Shown: one piece after another, positions 51,701 through 61,724 of the stretch | How positions within the stretch are numbered: the first letter of the stretch is position 1 | Layout: each line of letters begins with the position of its first letter | From: Tubiluchus corallicola | Lineage: Eukaryota > Animalia > Priapulida | Assembly (NCBI GenBank): GCA_030141605.1 | Contig: JAQGDQ010000914.1 | Coordinates: 1-64,000, forward strand | Direction of reading: 5' to 3' | DNA length: 64,000 bases | Translations under genes and position numbers: made by a program | The notes under the pieces: generated by a model | The model's input: only the letters and a program-made list of their open reading frames with translations | Databases searched by the model: none | What the model was told of the DNA's origin: nothing

Positions 51701-54700
51701 AGAGTTAAACACCTCTCCAATTCGTCACCGAGAGTTAAACACCTCCCCAATTTGTCACTGAGAGTTAAACACTTCTCCAATTTGTCACTGAGAGTTAAAC
51801 ACCTCCCCAATTCGTCACCGAGAGTTAAACACTTCTCCAATTCGTCACCGAGAGTTAAACACCTCTCCAATTCATCACCGAGAGTTAAACACCTCCCCAA
51901 TTCGTCACCGAGAGTTAAACACCTCCCCAATTCGTCACCGAGAGTTAAACACTTCTCCAGTTCGTCACTGAGAGTTAAACACCTCCCCAATTTGTCACCA
52001 AGAGTTAAACACCTCTCCAATTCGTCACTGAGAGTTAAACACCTCCTCAATTCGTCACCGAGAGTTAAACACCTCTCCAATTCGTCACCGAGAGTTAAAC
52101 ACCTCTCCAATTCGTCACCGAGAGTTAAACACCTCCTCAATTCGTCACCGAGAGTTAAACACCTCTCCAATTCGTCACTGAGAGTTAAACACCTCCCCAA
52201 TTTGTCACCGAGAGTTAAACACCTCTCCAATTCGTCACCGAGCGTTAAACACTTCTCCAATTCGTCACTGAGAGTTAAACACCTCCCCAATTTGTCACCA
52301 AGAGTTAAACACCTCTCCAATTCGTCACCGAGAGTTAAACACTTCTCCAATTCGTCACTGAGAGTTAAACACCTCCCCAATTTGTCACCGAGAGTTAAAC
52401 ACCTCTCCAATTCGTCACCGAGAGTTAAACACCTCACCAATTCGTCACTGAGAGTTAAACACTTCTCCAATTCGTCACCGAGAGGTAAACACCTCCCCAA
52501 TTCGTCACTGAGAGTTAAACACCTCCCCAGTTCGTCACTGAGAGTTAAACACCTCCCGTTTGAGAATTATTGCTACAGCATAGCAGTATGCAAAGTAACA
52601 ACATGTTTCCAATTTTACTGTAAATTTTTTGCAAACGGTGAAAAAGATTGCAGTCCTTTGAAGACCCCAAATTTATGTAAATTGTTTTTGTAGCTAGAAT
52701 GATAACGAATTGAATTATAGTTAGTTTAATTCCTGTTTTTTCAGTAACATAAATTTTTGAGGCAGATCAATTTCGGCTTTGCGTGATATTCTGTATACAG
52801 AAAAATCGATTTCTTTTATTTAAATAATCGTTTAGCATGAGCTATTAGAGAATATATGCAGACTCACTTTCGACCAGACGGTTTAGTCTAGTGGTAATGC
52901 ATCTGCTTTCCGTCTGGGAGGTTGTGAGTTCGAACCAGCAGCCGGGTTATACCAAAGACTTTAAAAATGGTACCTGCTTTGCCCTGCCTGACGCGTGGTA
53001 TTTAGGGTAAAAGTGGGGTAATAATAGTCTCTGTTATGTAGTTGTAGGTTGTTATTTACAGTCGGCGATAATAGCTCTTTGAGCTAATGTTAATTGTTGA
53101 CCCAAAAGCCGACTTTAAATAAAGATTATTATTATTATTATTATTATTAGCTTTCTTCACAAGTGGTTGAAGTAACACAAGTAATTTATAGTTTTACTAT
53201 AGAAAGTTACTACTCGGTTTCACTGACTGGAGTTATTATAATTTTAGATCACTGACTTCGCATGCTCCGAAGCAGCCCCGTATTCGTGTGGAAGAAATTG
53301 TGGACAACCGCTAGCCTGTGGTAATCATAGATGTACGCTCGAGTGCCACGTGGTAAAAACTTCACACAACAGCGGATCTCAGGTTAATAGCAGTCATAAT
53401 TAAGATGAATAGAGTTCTTTCGTAGTCTTAGATGTTTCATTGATTACAGTAATTGAGGTGGGCACTGTGGGTACTAGTTCTTGCTACTGTTTCATTTCAC
53501 TTTGACTTCGAATTATCAACTCAAAAGTTGAACCATAGGGACACTGACTGTGAAAATCATTTTTGAAATTGTTGTTCAGTCACTTTGTTATGATTGAGTT
53601 TAGGCACAGAGAAGTATGGATAGGAACCAAAAATCTATAATAAATATTTGCACTGCACACAACAGAAAGTGTTTATTGAACTACAGAAAACATGAGTAGC
53701 AAAACTGCTGCACTGAACATTGAGCAAAAACTAGAAAGCAAAAACAGTCAGTAAAACCTGTTTCACAGCCAGTATACAGGTATAGAACTTGACCTATGCA
53801 GAGTTATACAGGCTTCACAACAACCATTAATTTTAGATAGGGAGAGGACCAGTGTGTATGTAGTCACTGGACCATACAATTATGCTGAAGGTAAGTCAGC
53901 TGGTAGAATGTAACAAGATTAGCACATAGATGGCAGCACCTAACTGCAATGTACAATTCCAACTTCCACACTGACATACTATTAATTAGCTATAGTTTTT
54001 ATGTTTTTTTGGCTGTAGATGGGAGAACCTTGTGAAGAGTGTGACTCTCAATGTGACAAGCCTCGGCCAGAGGGATGTACACATGCGTGCCTAGAAGCGT
54101 GCCACCCAGGTAAAAACACGTAGAACTCGTATTTGTATTTACCTTTGTTGACTTTTTAAGACTCGTTGTAGTTCTAGGAATATAAAGAAGTCTTTTTTGT
54201 TGCAGCACAGGAAAACCCTCCACTTAAAAATGCGTCTTGAAATTTTATGCCACTTCCATACTACCTTTTTGCATACAGGGCTTGCATCGGCAACAACGCT
54301 GTATAAAACATGTAAATTTAAACTCCCTCGATGACAGTTAGATGCAGCTATTTTGACGAGGAGTCATTTGAAACAAGTTTAGATAACACTGAGTAAAGTT
54401 CGAAAAACAATCAGAGCATTCGTCGTGCACACACCACTAATTAAGTAAAATTTTTAAATTACTGTAATGATGCTATGGGAGTGAAATGAGTACAAAAAAA
54501 TCTAACCTGTATCAAAAGAGATTTGAGTTAGGCCCTTTGGGGCTTCGTTTTCAATTCTGAAAATAGAAAAAAATCTTTTTTAAAAGAAATTAGTAAGTGA
54601 ATGTGCTTGTGAATTAATATTTTGTAGCAGCCCAGGATGTACGCAGAAACAAGATAGTCAAATAGCAGCAAAATGCAGATACGCGAAAATTTAATTCAAC

Positions 54701-57188
54701 TAAAATAAACTATTTTATAGTAATGTCAAAACACCATGCAAACTTTGAGCAAACTGTATTAACATGACTAGAACATGACACTGCAGTGTTAAAGCTCTCT
54801 GGTTCGCTTCGCATCTTCGCATTTCTTTTGCACTAAATGTCGGTCATGCAAGAACAATAAGATGTCTTTCAGTCTCGTAGAACTCACTCTCTCTATTACA
54901 TCACTGCAACATGAATTAAACATGAATTTATTCCACAGCAAATCACAAAAACACAACAAAACCCACAAACACAAAAACACCACAACCACACAAACACCCA
55001 GCAAATGTACATATAAACTGACATACAAATTGTTATTCTACAGCAAATCGTACATATAAACTGACATACAAATTGTTATTCCACAGCAAATCGTACATAT
55101 AAACTGACATACAAATTGTTATTACATTATAAAATAAAATAAAAGAGTCACTGTGAGGAGGAAGGAGCATTATGCTTTTCAGTCCTCCTCCATTATAACT
55201 TTTTGTACAACTTTTAAGCAAGATATTTTTGTAAGCAGTTACTTTATGTATGCAGGTGACTGTCCTCCGTGTACACAAATGCTACGTTGCCGTTGCCACT
55301 GTCAGCTAGTGGTGTTGCACAATGAGTGCAGTAAGTGGAATTCTGCCGACGATGAAGAGCGCGAGCTGATGCAGTCTTGCAAGAATCAGTGCCCTAGAGA
55401 GGTGAATTTATTCTGCTACGTAGTTAGCTGTTTTTAACTTACTTATTTGGAATAAATTGTGAGATTACGTGTAAATGCATGGAATAAGTTGTGAGATTAC
55501 GTGTAAATGCATGGAATAAGTTGTGAGATTACGTGTAAATGCATGGAATAAGTTGTGAGATTACGTATAAATGCATGGAATAAGTTGTGAGATTACGTGT
55601 AAATGCATGGAAGCCTATAGGGATTTTATGGCTTCTAGGATTCAAAAGAAAATCTGTTGTAATACGATTCCTGTTTGTGTGGATTTTGTTGTTTTGAATT
55701 TGGTGGATATATGTCTCATATTGTATGCACTATTGTATGCACTATATTGTATGACTATTGTATGCACTATATTGTATGCACTATAATTAGCGATTACTTT
55801 TGGACGGTGACATAAATTACCTGCTCTGCTTTGCTTTTACGTTTCTTTTTTCTGTTATATAATCATATACACAGTATTTTTTCTCATCGAGAATTTTGTA
55901 AACAACTGTACATATATCATCATTTTATTTAATTCGTAACTAATTATTGTGATACTTATTCATCATCTTCATTTATTATTATTCTTTTTTTCACTTATGC
56001 CATTGTTGTTATGTTTGTTTTTATATTTTTCTTTTTGTTATTGCTTTATTTTGATTAGTTTATTTAAGTAATTAACAATAATTGCATCCTATGTCATTCA
56101 TCAATTCTTTTTTCTGTCATCAATATTAAATTATAAGGGGTGAGTGACTAGATAACCTACGGTCTTTCCTCGCCCCATCTCCACGGATAAAGTTATTTTT
56201 TCGTAAAATGGAAATTTGTGACACATTTGGAGAAAATAAATGTCTACGTCTATATGTCATAGTAATACTTTAAAGTTCATGGATAATCTATTCAGTATTT
56301 TATCTGTACATAGCAGGAAAAACACAACAAAACAGAAATATAAATTTGGCACAGAATTATGCACATTTCCTTGTATATTAATGTAATCCTTCTCATGATA
56401 ATGAAGCACGGTAAACATTTGTTACACCAGACCATATAACAGTGGACTGTTTCCCGTTGTAGGGGAAAGTATATTTGAAGGATGGCACGTATCTGGATAG
56501 GTGCCTTTGTTTGACGAGTGACATCCATTTTGGAAACGTAATGTCGTTACCATACGTGTTGTGTGTGATAAAGTAAAGTGTAACAATGGAACCAATGTAA
56601 AACCGTAACATGTAACAATGTTTCTGGCATGCCGACTACATTGTTCCACAGATTTTGACATCAATTTTGTGCCTATTTTTTAGCTGACCTGTAAACATCG
56701 CTGTCCTAAGCAGTGTCACAGTGGCCCTTGCTTGGACGTCGTACTGTGTACGCAGAAGAAGATCATTCGTTGTCCTTGCAAGCGACGCAAGACGGAAGCA
56801 CTGTGCCGCGAAGTGCAGGCTGGCGATCGTTGCATAGAATGTGACGATGGCTGCAAGAAAGCCGTGGAAAATAAAAGACGGGTAATTTATGCTGGCTAAA
56901 TTATGTAGAGCTGAAAAAATGAATAAAATAACAGGTGATACGTTTAACTTTTTGCTAGTGAATTTGTGCCATATGAAATTTTTAAAGAAGCTTTCCCTAT
57001 GTTTCAACCTGGTAGATTTGTAGAACATTGAGTGTCTTACGAAGCTGCATAAACTATTCAAGCATTCTCAATAGTCGAATATTAGACCACTAACGTATCA
57101 CAAACAGAGCCTATTTCAGGGGGGGGGATACTTCCCCGGGGCCTCGCGCCAAGGTAACATTTTTTTTTGCTTTATGCAAACATACTGG

Positions 57189-57232
<44 letters not shown>

Positions 57233-57911
57233 CACGCGCGCCGTTTGCCAGTATTGACAAGTATTAAGGACTGGTCTTGAGAATAAAGCAGTTTTTCTTT
57301 CAATTGTTCTTTCCTTTAACAACTGTATAACTCCATATTTTCTCTTCGAAAATGCGTCTCCGGCGTGCTAGCAGTTCAAAAATTTTCTGGGCGCGAACCA
57401 TGGTGTGTGTGTCCGTCCCCCGGCGCTTTGCGACCCCCTCCGAGGGGGCCTCACACGCCCCACTTCCCCGGGCCTCGCTTAAGCTGAAATAGGCCCTGAT
57501 CACAAAAGTAAATTACATGTAGTATTAATTCTGAATTTTATATGAGTTTTGTCTGTACAATGTACAGTATGTGTATTTTAGCGACACATTTTGACTAAAA
57601 TAACTTGAAATCTTTTGTAACTGTCGTGAACGGACTGTTGCCAGAATTTAATACTTACTACTACTACTACTACTACTACTACTATTGTTGTTTAGGAAGA
57701 GGAGGAGAAAAAGAGGCTTGAAGCTGCACAAGAAGAAGAGAAAGCAAGGGCAGAGTTGGAGAAATTTGAGCGCATGATGAGTGGACCAAAGCGGAAGCCT
57801 CGCAAGAGAAAAGAGGTCGTGGAGAGCATCAGTTTTTGGAGGCGGTACTGGATCAGTATTGTTTTGTCTTGCTTTGTAGCTGTGGTTGCCTATTACGTCT
57901 TTCTTGTCTGA
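33704..57911 (+). CDS. NFXL1: NF-X1-type zinc finger protein NFXL1, about 887 aa, 18 coding exons
   Basis: Exons 33704-33857, 35559-35714, 38133-38406, 39175-39353, 41393-41554, 41853-41953, 42234-42348, 42943-43058, 44469-44600, 46312-46402, 47401-47521, 49311-49467, 49976-50095, 53248-53382, 54019-54109, 55256-55401, 56684-56881, 57696-57911. All GT-AG and phase-consistent (2664 nt). MEASGRGRG start, RING/PHD ([31 protein letters not shown]), [14 protein letters not shown], repeated CHxGxCPPC fingers, AGPWE, a coiled coil and a C-terminal TM helix typical of NFXL1. Confidence 0.93.
34798..35466 (+). mobile_element. Kolobok-like MITE (TTAA flanks)
   Basis: ttaa|aggacaagaaaa ... ttttcttgtgct|ttaa; partial copies at 23980-24447, 54203-54460 (inverted) and about 4650-4740. 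Confidence 0.7.
35738..36222 (+). mobile_element. MITE with CAGGGATGAG TIRs, copy A
   Basis: cagggatgag ... ctcatccctg; a highly similar inverted copy lies at 58693-59185; TSD not exact. Confidence 0.85.
36296..37420. mobile_element. hAT (Charlie-like) non-autonomous element
   Basis: TIRs cagtgctattca / tgaatagcactg; 8-bp TSD cgctagac / cactagac (7 of 8 match). Confidence 0.8.
37607..38100 (-). mobile_element. Solo LTR, copy 2
   Basis: tgtggaa...ttccaca with exact 5-bp TSD acgca; ends 32 bp before NFXL1 exon 3. Confidence 0.88.
42480..42743. mobile_element. Short inverted-repeat element filled with degenerate TTAGGG/TTAGGA repeats
   Basis: gtttacaattcccc ... ggggaattgtaaac inverted ends around about 200 bp of telomere-like hexamers. 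Confidence 0.7.
43144..43491. repeat. 23-bp minisatellite, about 15 copies
   Basis: Unit ttactgtgtagaagacccagggc. Confidence 0.95.
44980..45954 (+). mobile_element. 5'-truncated LINE (CR1/L2-group) 3' end
   Basis: [27 protein letters not shown] and [14 protein letters not shown] motifs; flanked by a long direct duplication. Confidence 0.8.
46470..46896 (-). mobile_element. Solo LTR, copy 3 (left boundary uncertain)
   Basis: Aligns closely with 37607-38100 and ends ttccaca; TSD not resolved. Confidence 0.8.
47780..48300 (-). mobile_element. LINE 3' remnant (CR1/L2-group)
   Basis: ORF 47816-48172 ([20 protein letters not shown]....LSKLKVAYN) preceded by a KYLGH-like motif. Confidence 0.75.
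48884..49143. repeat. 18-bp minisatellite, about 14 copies
   Basis: Unit gacctcactacagtggct; lies at the edge of a degenerate minus-strand RTE-like remnant (about 48560-48880). Confidence 0.92.
50786..52557. repeat. 30-bp minisatellite, about 59 copies
   Basis: Unit ttcgtcac(t/c)gagagttaaacacctccccaa; source of the 10-aa-repeat ORFs; lies in NFXL1 intron 13. Confidence 0.95.
52872..53149 (+). mobile_element. tRNA-derived SINE
   Basis: A box tagtctagtgg, B box gagttcgaacc, central ataccaaagactttaaaaatggtacc block (resembles the MetaSINE core as I remember it), (tta)n tail. Confidence 0.8.
53549..53970 (-). mobile_element. Solo LTR, copy 4 (more diverged)
   Basis: tgtgaaa...ttccaca with exact 5-bp TSD ctgac; shares tagggagag..ccagtg, cactggacc and tagatggcagcacc blocks. 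Confidence 0.8.
55449..55612. repeat. 32-bp minisatellite, 5 copies
   Basis: Unit ggaataagttgtgagattacgtgtaaatgcat. Confidence 0.9.
57105..57498 (+). mobile_element. hAT-type MITE, second copy, short (CT)n
   Basis: cagagcctatttcag ... ctgaaataggccctg; exact 8-bp TSD atcacaaa. Confidence 0.92.
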
Positions 57912-58259
57912 ATTCGTTTAGCACTGATGACTGGTCAGTTATTTCAGTACTTGACTGGCTTACTGTCTGAATTCGTTTAGCACTGATGACTGGTCAGTTA
58001 TTCTAGTACTTGACTGGCTTACTGTCTGAATTCGTTTAGCACTGATGGCTGGTCAGTTATTCTAGTACTTGACTGGCTTACTGTCTGAATTCGTTTAGCT
58101 CTGATGGCTGGTCAGTTATTTCAGTACTTGACTGGCTTACTGTCTGAATTCGTTTAGCTCTGATGACTGGTCAGTTATTCTAGTACTTGACTGGCTTACT
58201 GTCTAAATTCGTTTAGCACTGATGACTGGTCAGTTATTTCAGTACTTGACTGGCTTACT
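57905..58259. repeat. 59-bp minisatellite, 6 copies, starting at the NFXL1 stop codon
   Basis: Unit tgtctgaattcgtttagcactgatgactggtcagttatttcagtacttgactggcttac; copies start at 57905 and 57964. Confidence 0.93.
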
Positions 58260-58692
58260 TGTTAAACTGATGTGGCAGCGTATTGTTTAGAACTGCTCCA
58301 ATTCGTTAAACTGATTTCATTTTTTACGTTAGTATTTCATCGCTTAATGATGCTAATGTTTTCCAGTAAAATGCAACATTAACCGAATCGTCGTTAAATG
58401 AACCATTTCTTCTGTGGACAAAAATGCAAAAGTTAAAGATGTGTTCTAAGGGTGAAAGTTGATAATTCATAGCAATAAGAATTTTTCTTTTATTTGCTTG
58501 TCGTTATACTAAAGGCTTTTTTACAACTTGCGTCAAAGTGGCTGCTAATGATTTCTTCTGCTATTTTACCTATAAAGTTCACGGAAAAATACAGCGGAAA
58601 AATACAGAGTTGTTTTTCAATAGCGTAGATACAAATGGAGTGACTGGCGAATAGAACCCCAACCCAACAAGTAGGTGTGTATCATGGAATAT

Positions 58693-59185
58693 CAGGGATG
58701 AGAATGACAAATTGCAAAAAACTCTGAAACAAGCCGGGGTTTGGGGGCCGTGTAGGCCCCCGTGGGGGTTCAAATTGCAATTTTGTGACCATAGAGAGCC
58801 TCTAAGTGGACTTAAAATATCAATTACCTTGTTTCATGCATAATTTAAAATACCCAACTATCAAGGATACATGGACACCTACTTGTCTCAAAAACGCCTA
58901 AGTACTGGCCGCTCCTATGCAAAAGTATATAAAAACTGTCTGCAATTGACTCAAATAACTCTGCACAATTGATTCTATATTTTTATACATAGAGATATAC
59001 ACGTGGTTACACTGATGTACGTGATGTAAACAAAGTGATGGCCCGCCAACTAGCGGTCAGTTTGTGAAATAATGTACTGGGTCCGTAAAAATTTTCTCAA
59101 CGAATTTATGCGATTTACAAAAATAGCACTACTGGTCTTCCAAAAACTCGGAATTCCACGTATCCGCGGAAAATTCTCATCCCTG
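58693..59185 (-). mobile_element. MITE with CAGGGATGAG TIRs, copy B (inverted relative to copy A)
   Basis: Reverse complement aligns along the full length of 35738-36222. Confidence 0.85.
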
Positions 59186-59615
59186 TAATATAAGAGGCTT
59201 ATATCACACAAGGCAGACTTACCATAATGTAGGCAACACATAAATCATGGATGTTTACCAGTGTCTGACAAACTGCTATACACACAGTGATTTGGGTTAG
59301 TAGTGGCTTCTTTATAGATAGCAATAAATCATATTTGCATAAGCACTTGGATAGGTAGCAACTTCGTTATTGAGTGTCAGCTTAACAAATAGGTTGTAAT
59401 GCTTAAGTATGGTCACAAACTTGTCGGTAAAGTGAAGTTTACTTCATCAAGTGAGAAATACGTGATAAAAGCTTGTTGTTGGTAAAACGATTCATTGGAA
59501 AATCGGGAGTCGTTTAGTGGGGATGTATTTTAGGTGACCTACCCTATCGCTTCTGGTTGGTTTGAAGCATTGTTTAATTTTGTTCTCAAGTCTGTCATAA
59601 AAATTTTTTAAGGTA

Positions 59616-60086
59616 CAGTCAACCTCGGGTATAAGGTACTCGCTTATAAGGGACCACCAACACCAGTCCCGCTTTTTCGTAACGTTTTTCCTATGTAAAA
59701 AACTTCGTATGTAAAGTATGCGGATATAAGTGACTTTCGGTTATAAGGGACGATATCTTCAGGTCCCGCGTAATAAAAACCCAGATAAATTTCCTCGCAT
59801 ATAAGGGACCCTACAATCAAAGCAAAATTGATTGATTTTTAACCTCAATTTTTCGCCTCAGCCTTCAAACAGCTCGGTTTCCGCAGTCACATACATCTCG
59901 CATCACTGAAGGAGCTTCCTACATACCGTTTGCAATAAATGTGTAGCAATAATCCATAAAATTATTGGTAAAAGTACAGGTCTAGATTACACCCTTGGTC
60001 TGATTCAACTTCGGCTATAAGGGACATCGGATATAAGGAACGGTTTTTTCCGGTCCCGAGGTGTCCCTTATATCCGAGGTTGACTG
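59616..60086. mobile_element. Tc1/mariner-pogo (Tigger-like) MITE
   Basis: ta|cagtcaacctcgggtataagg ... ccttatatccgaggttgactg|ta; TA TSD; internal repeated tataagggac motifs. Confidence 0.88.
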
Positions 60087-61344
60087 TAGCAGTTGGTGAG
60101 CCATGTTTGTAATTGTGCAAACATCTTATTTGGAATGTCACGAGTCTCGCGCTTGAACATTTAAAAATGGTTTATCAGAGAATTTTGATGATTTAACTAA
60201 TTAAAGTTTTTCAACTGAATTTCAAATTATTAGGTCAGCCATGTTTAGAGACTAAACTTTTCTGTGATATTGTGACAGGCCTTTTATGTACTATAACTAT
60301 GTAAAGTGTCAAAAAGAGATGTCACTATTGACTTGAAACATCATTAGCAATGTTGAAACGCCACTGTAACGTGTTTTTATATTTCTGCTCCTGACGAGGC
60401 AGACAGTAACTGAGGAAGATAATATGATGCATTTATGAGAGGAGGTGTCGTGGTTAATTAGCAGAATACACCAGGTGGTTCAACTCAAAGGCAGCGTGCT
60501 CACTTCCCACCCGGGAGGTCACGGTTTAAATTCCGACCAAAACGGTGCCGCCGGTTCTTCGACCAAGAACACGGGCTTATCGAAGTAACATGCGGTTTAT
60601 AATAATCGGGACCACCTTTGGGAATATGTATCGAGTTACTTAAGGTGTCATTCTTAGACTATCTCCTAAATGAAGTTATTGCTATTGTTAAAAGTCATTC
60701 GCATAGTAAACTCTTGTTTTTTCATAAACTTTTTATATTTGAACGTGTTCAGCATTTTTCTAAACAGCATTGAGTATTGTTACGTTCAGTATGTTGTTCA
60801 AGGCGTTTAAAAATTGAAATTGCAAGTTTTGCAAACGTTTCACTTGTTTATTTAAATTTGTTGTTGTTGTTAATACAATTATAAATGACAATTTCAGTTG
60901 TTTGTATTGTTATTTTGTACGTATTTGTAAAGTTCACCTAATTCTGCTCGACTAGTTCCTAGCTAAGTTGAATTTGTTGGTCTACTATACTCATACATGT
61001 AAATAGGCTTTGCTCATTATAGCAATGTCAGCATGTAGCAATGTCCCCAGAGCTAAGTATACAGGCTACAGTTATAAGTTCAGCAAAGTTGACTAGAATT
61101 ATAATGAAAATTGTTGCAAAGATATTGTAGTTTGTACGTATTGGAGTTTCTGTTAAACTGTTTGTATTAATTTGCAATCTGCAAAGAATTTAATACAGTT
61201 TTATAATGGTTTTTGTAAAAACAAAGTTTCAGTATTTATTTCAGTGACCTGTAATTGTTTGATTGTAATAGTGATAATTATACGTCTCCACTTTAACGTG
61301 GTAAACAGCCATCGATGGTATGGCAAATGAAACAGCCAGAACAC

Positions 61345-61420
61345 GTATTGATCCCAGTTGTCGCCCATCCGTTTACTGACCAGGTGTGATGTTACTCAAC
61401 TTCAGTGTATAAGCAGACAC
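61345..61420 (-). pseudogene. Highly degenerate 5S-like fragment
   Basis: Reverse complement ctgaagttgagtaacatcacacctggtcagtaaacggatgggcgacaactggga follows the 5S A-box/C-box pattern. Confidence 0.45.
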
Positions 61421-61724
61421 AATGACCAGTTGGCTCTTTAGCCTGGCCCAGAATGCAAGACAGAGAGAGAGAGAGAGAGAAGGGTTTTATACGTCTTCAT
61501 CTCTGCTTTCAATAAAATATGGATAGCTTTTAAATAATCTCACTACATACAAGTCAGTTTATGTTGATTAATAAATAATACATTATTCTTAGTGCAGCAA
61601 AAAACAAACAATTCTTACTAAACGGCACAAAATTGTAGGTGTGTCATAAAAATCTTGATTTTATCTTAAATTTTTTTACATAGTTATGCTTATTTACATG
61701 AACATTACAACAAATTTTTCGTGG

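Noticed and set aside
50804-52693. LRR-looking 10-aa repeat ORFs on both strands
   Set aside because: 30-bp intronic minisatellite with a frameshifting insertion; not a protein.
52872-52945. tRNA gene
   Set aside because: No complete cloverleaf; continues into a SINE core and (tta)n tail.
57920-57965. Hammerhead ribozyme in the 59-bp repeat (CUGAUGA followed by a stem)
   Set aside because: The required GAAA after stem II and compatible stems I/III are absent.
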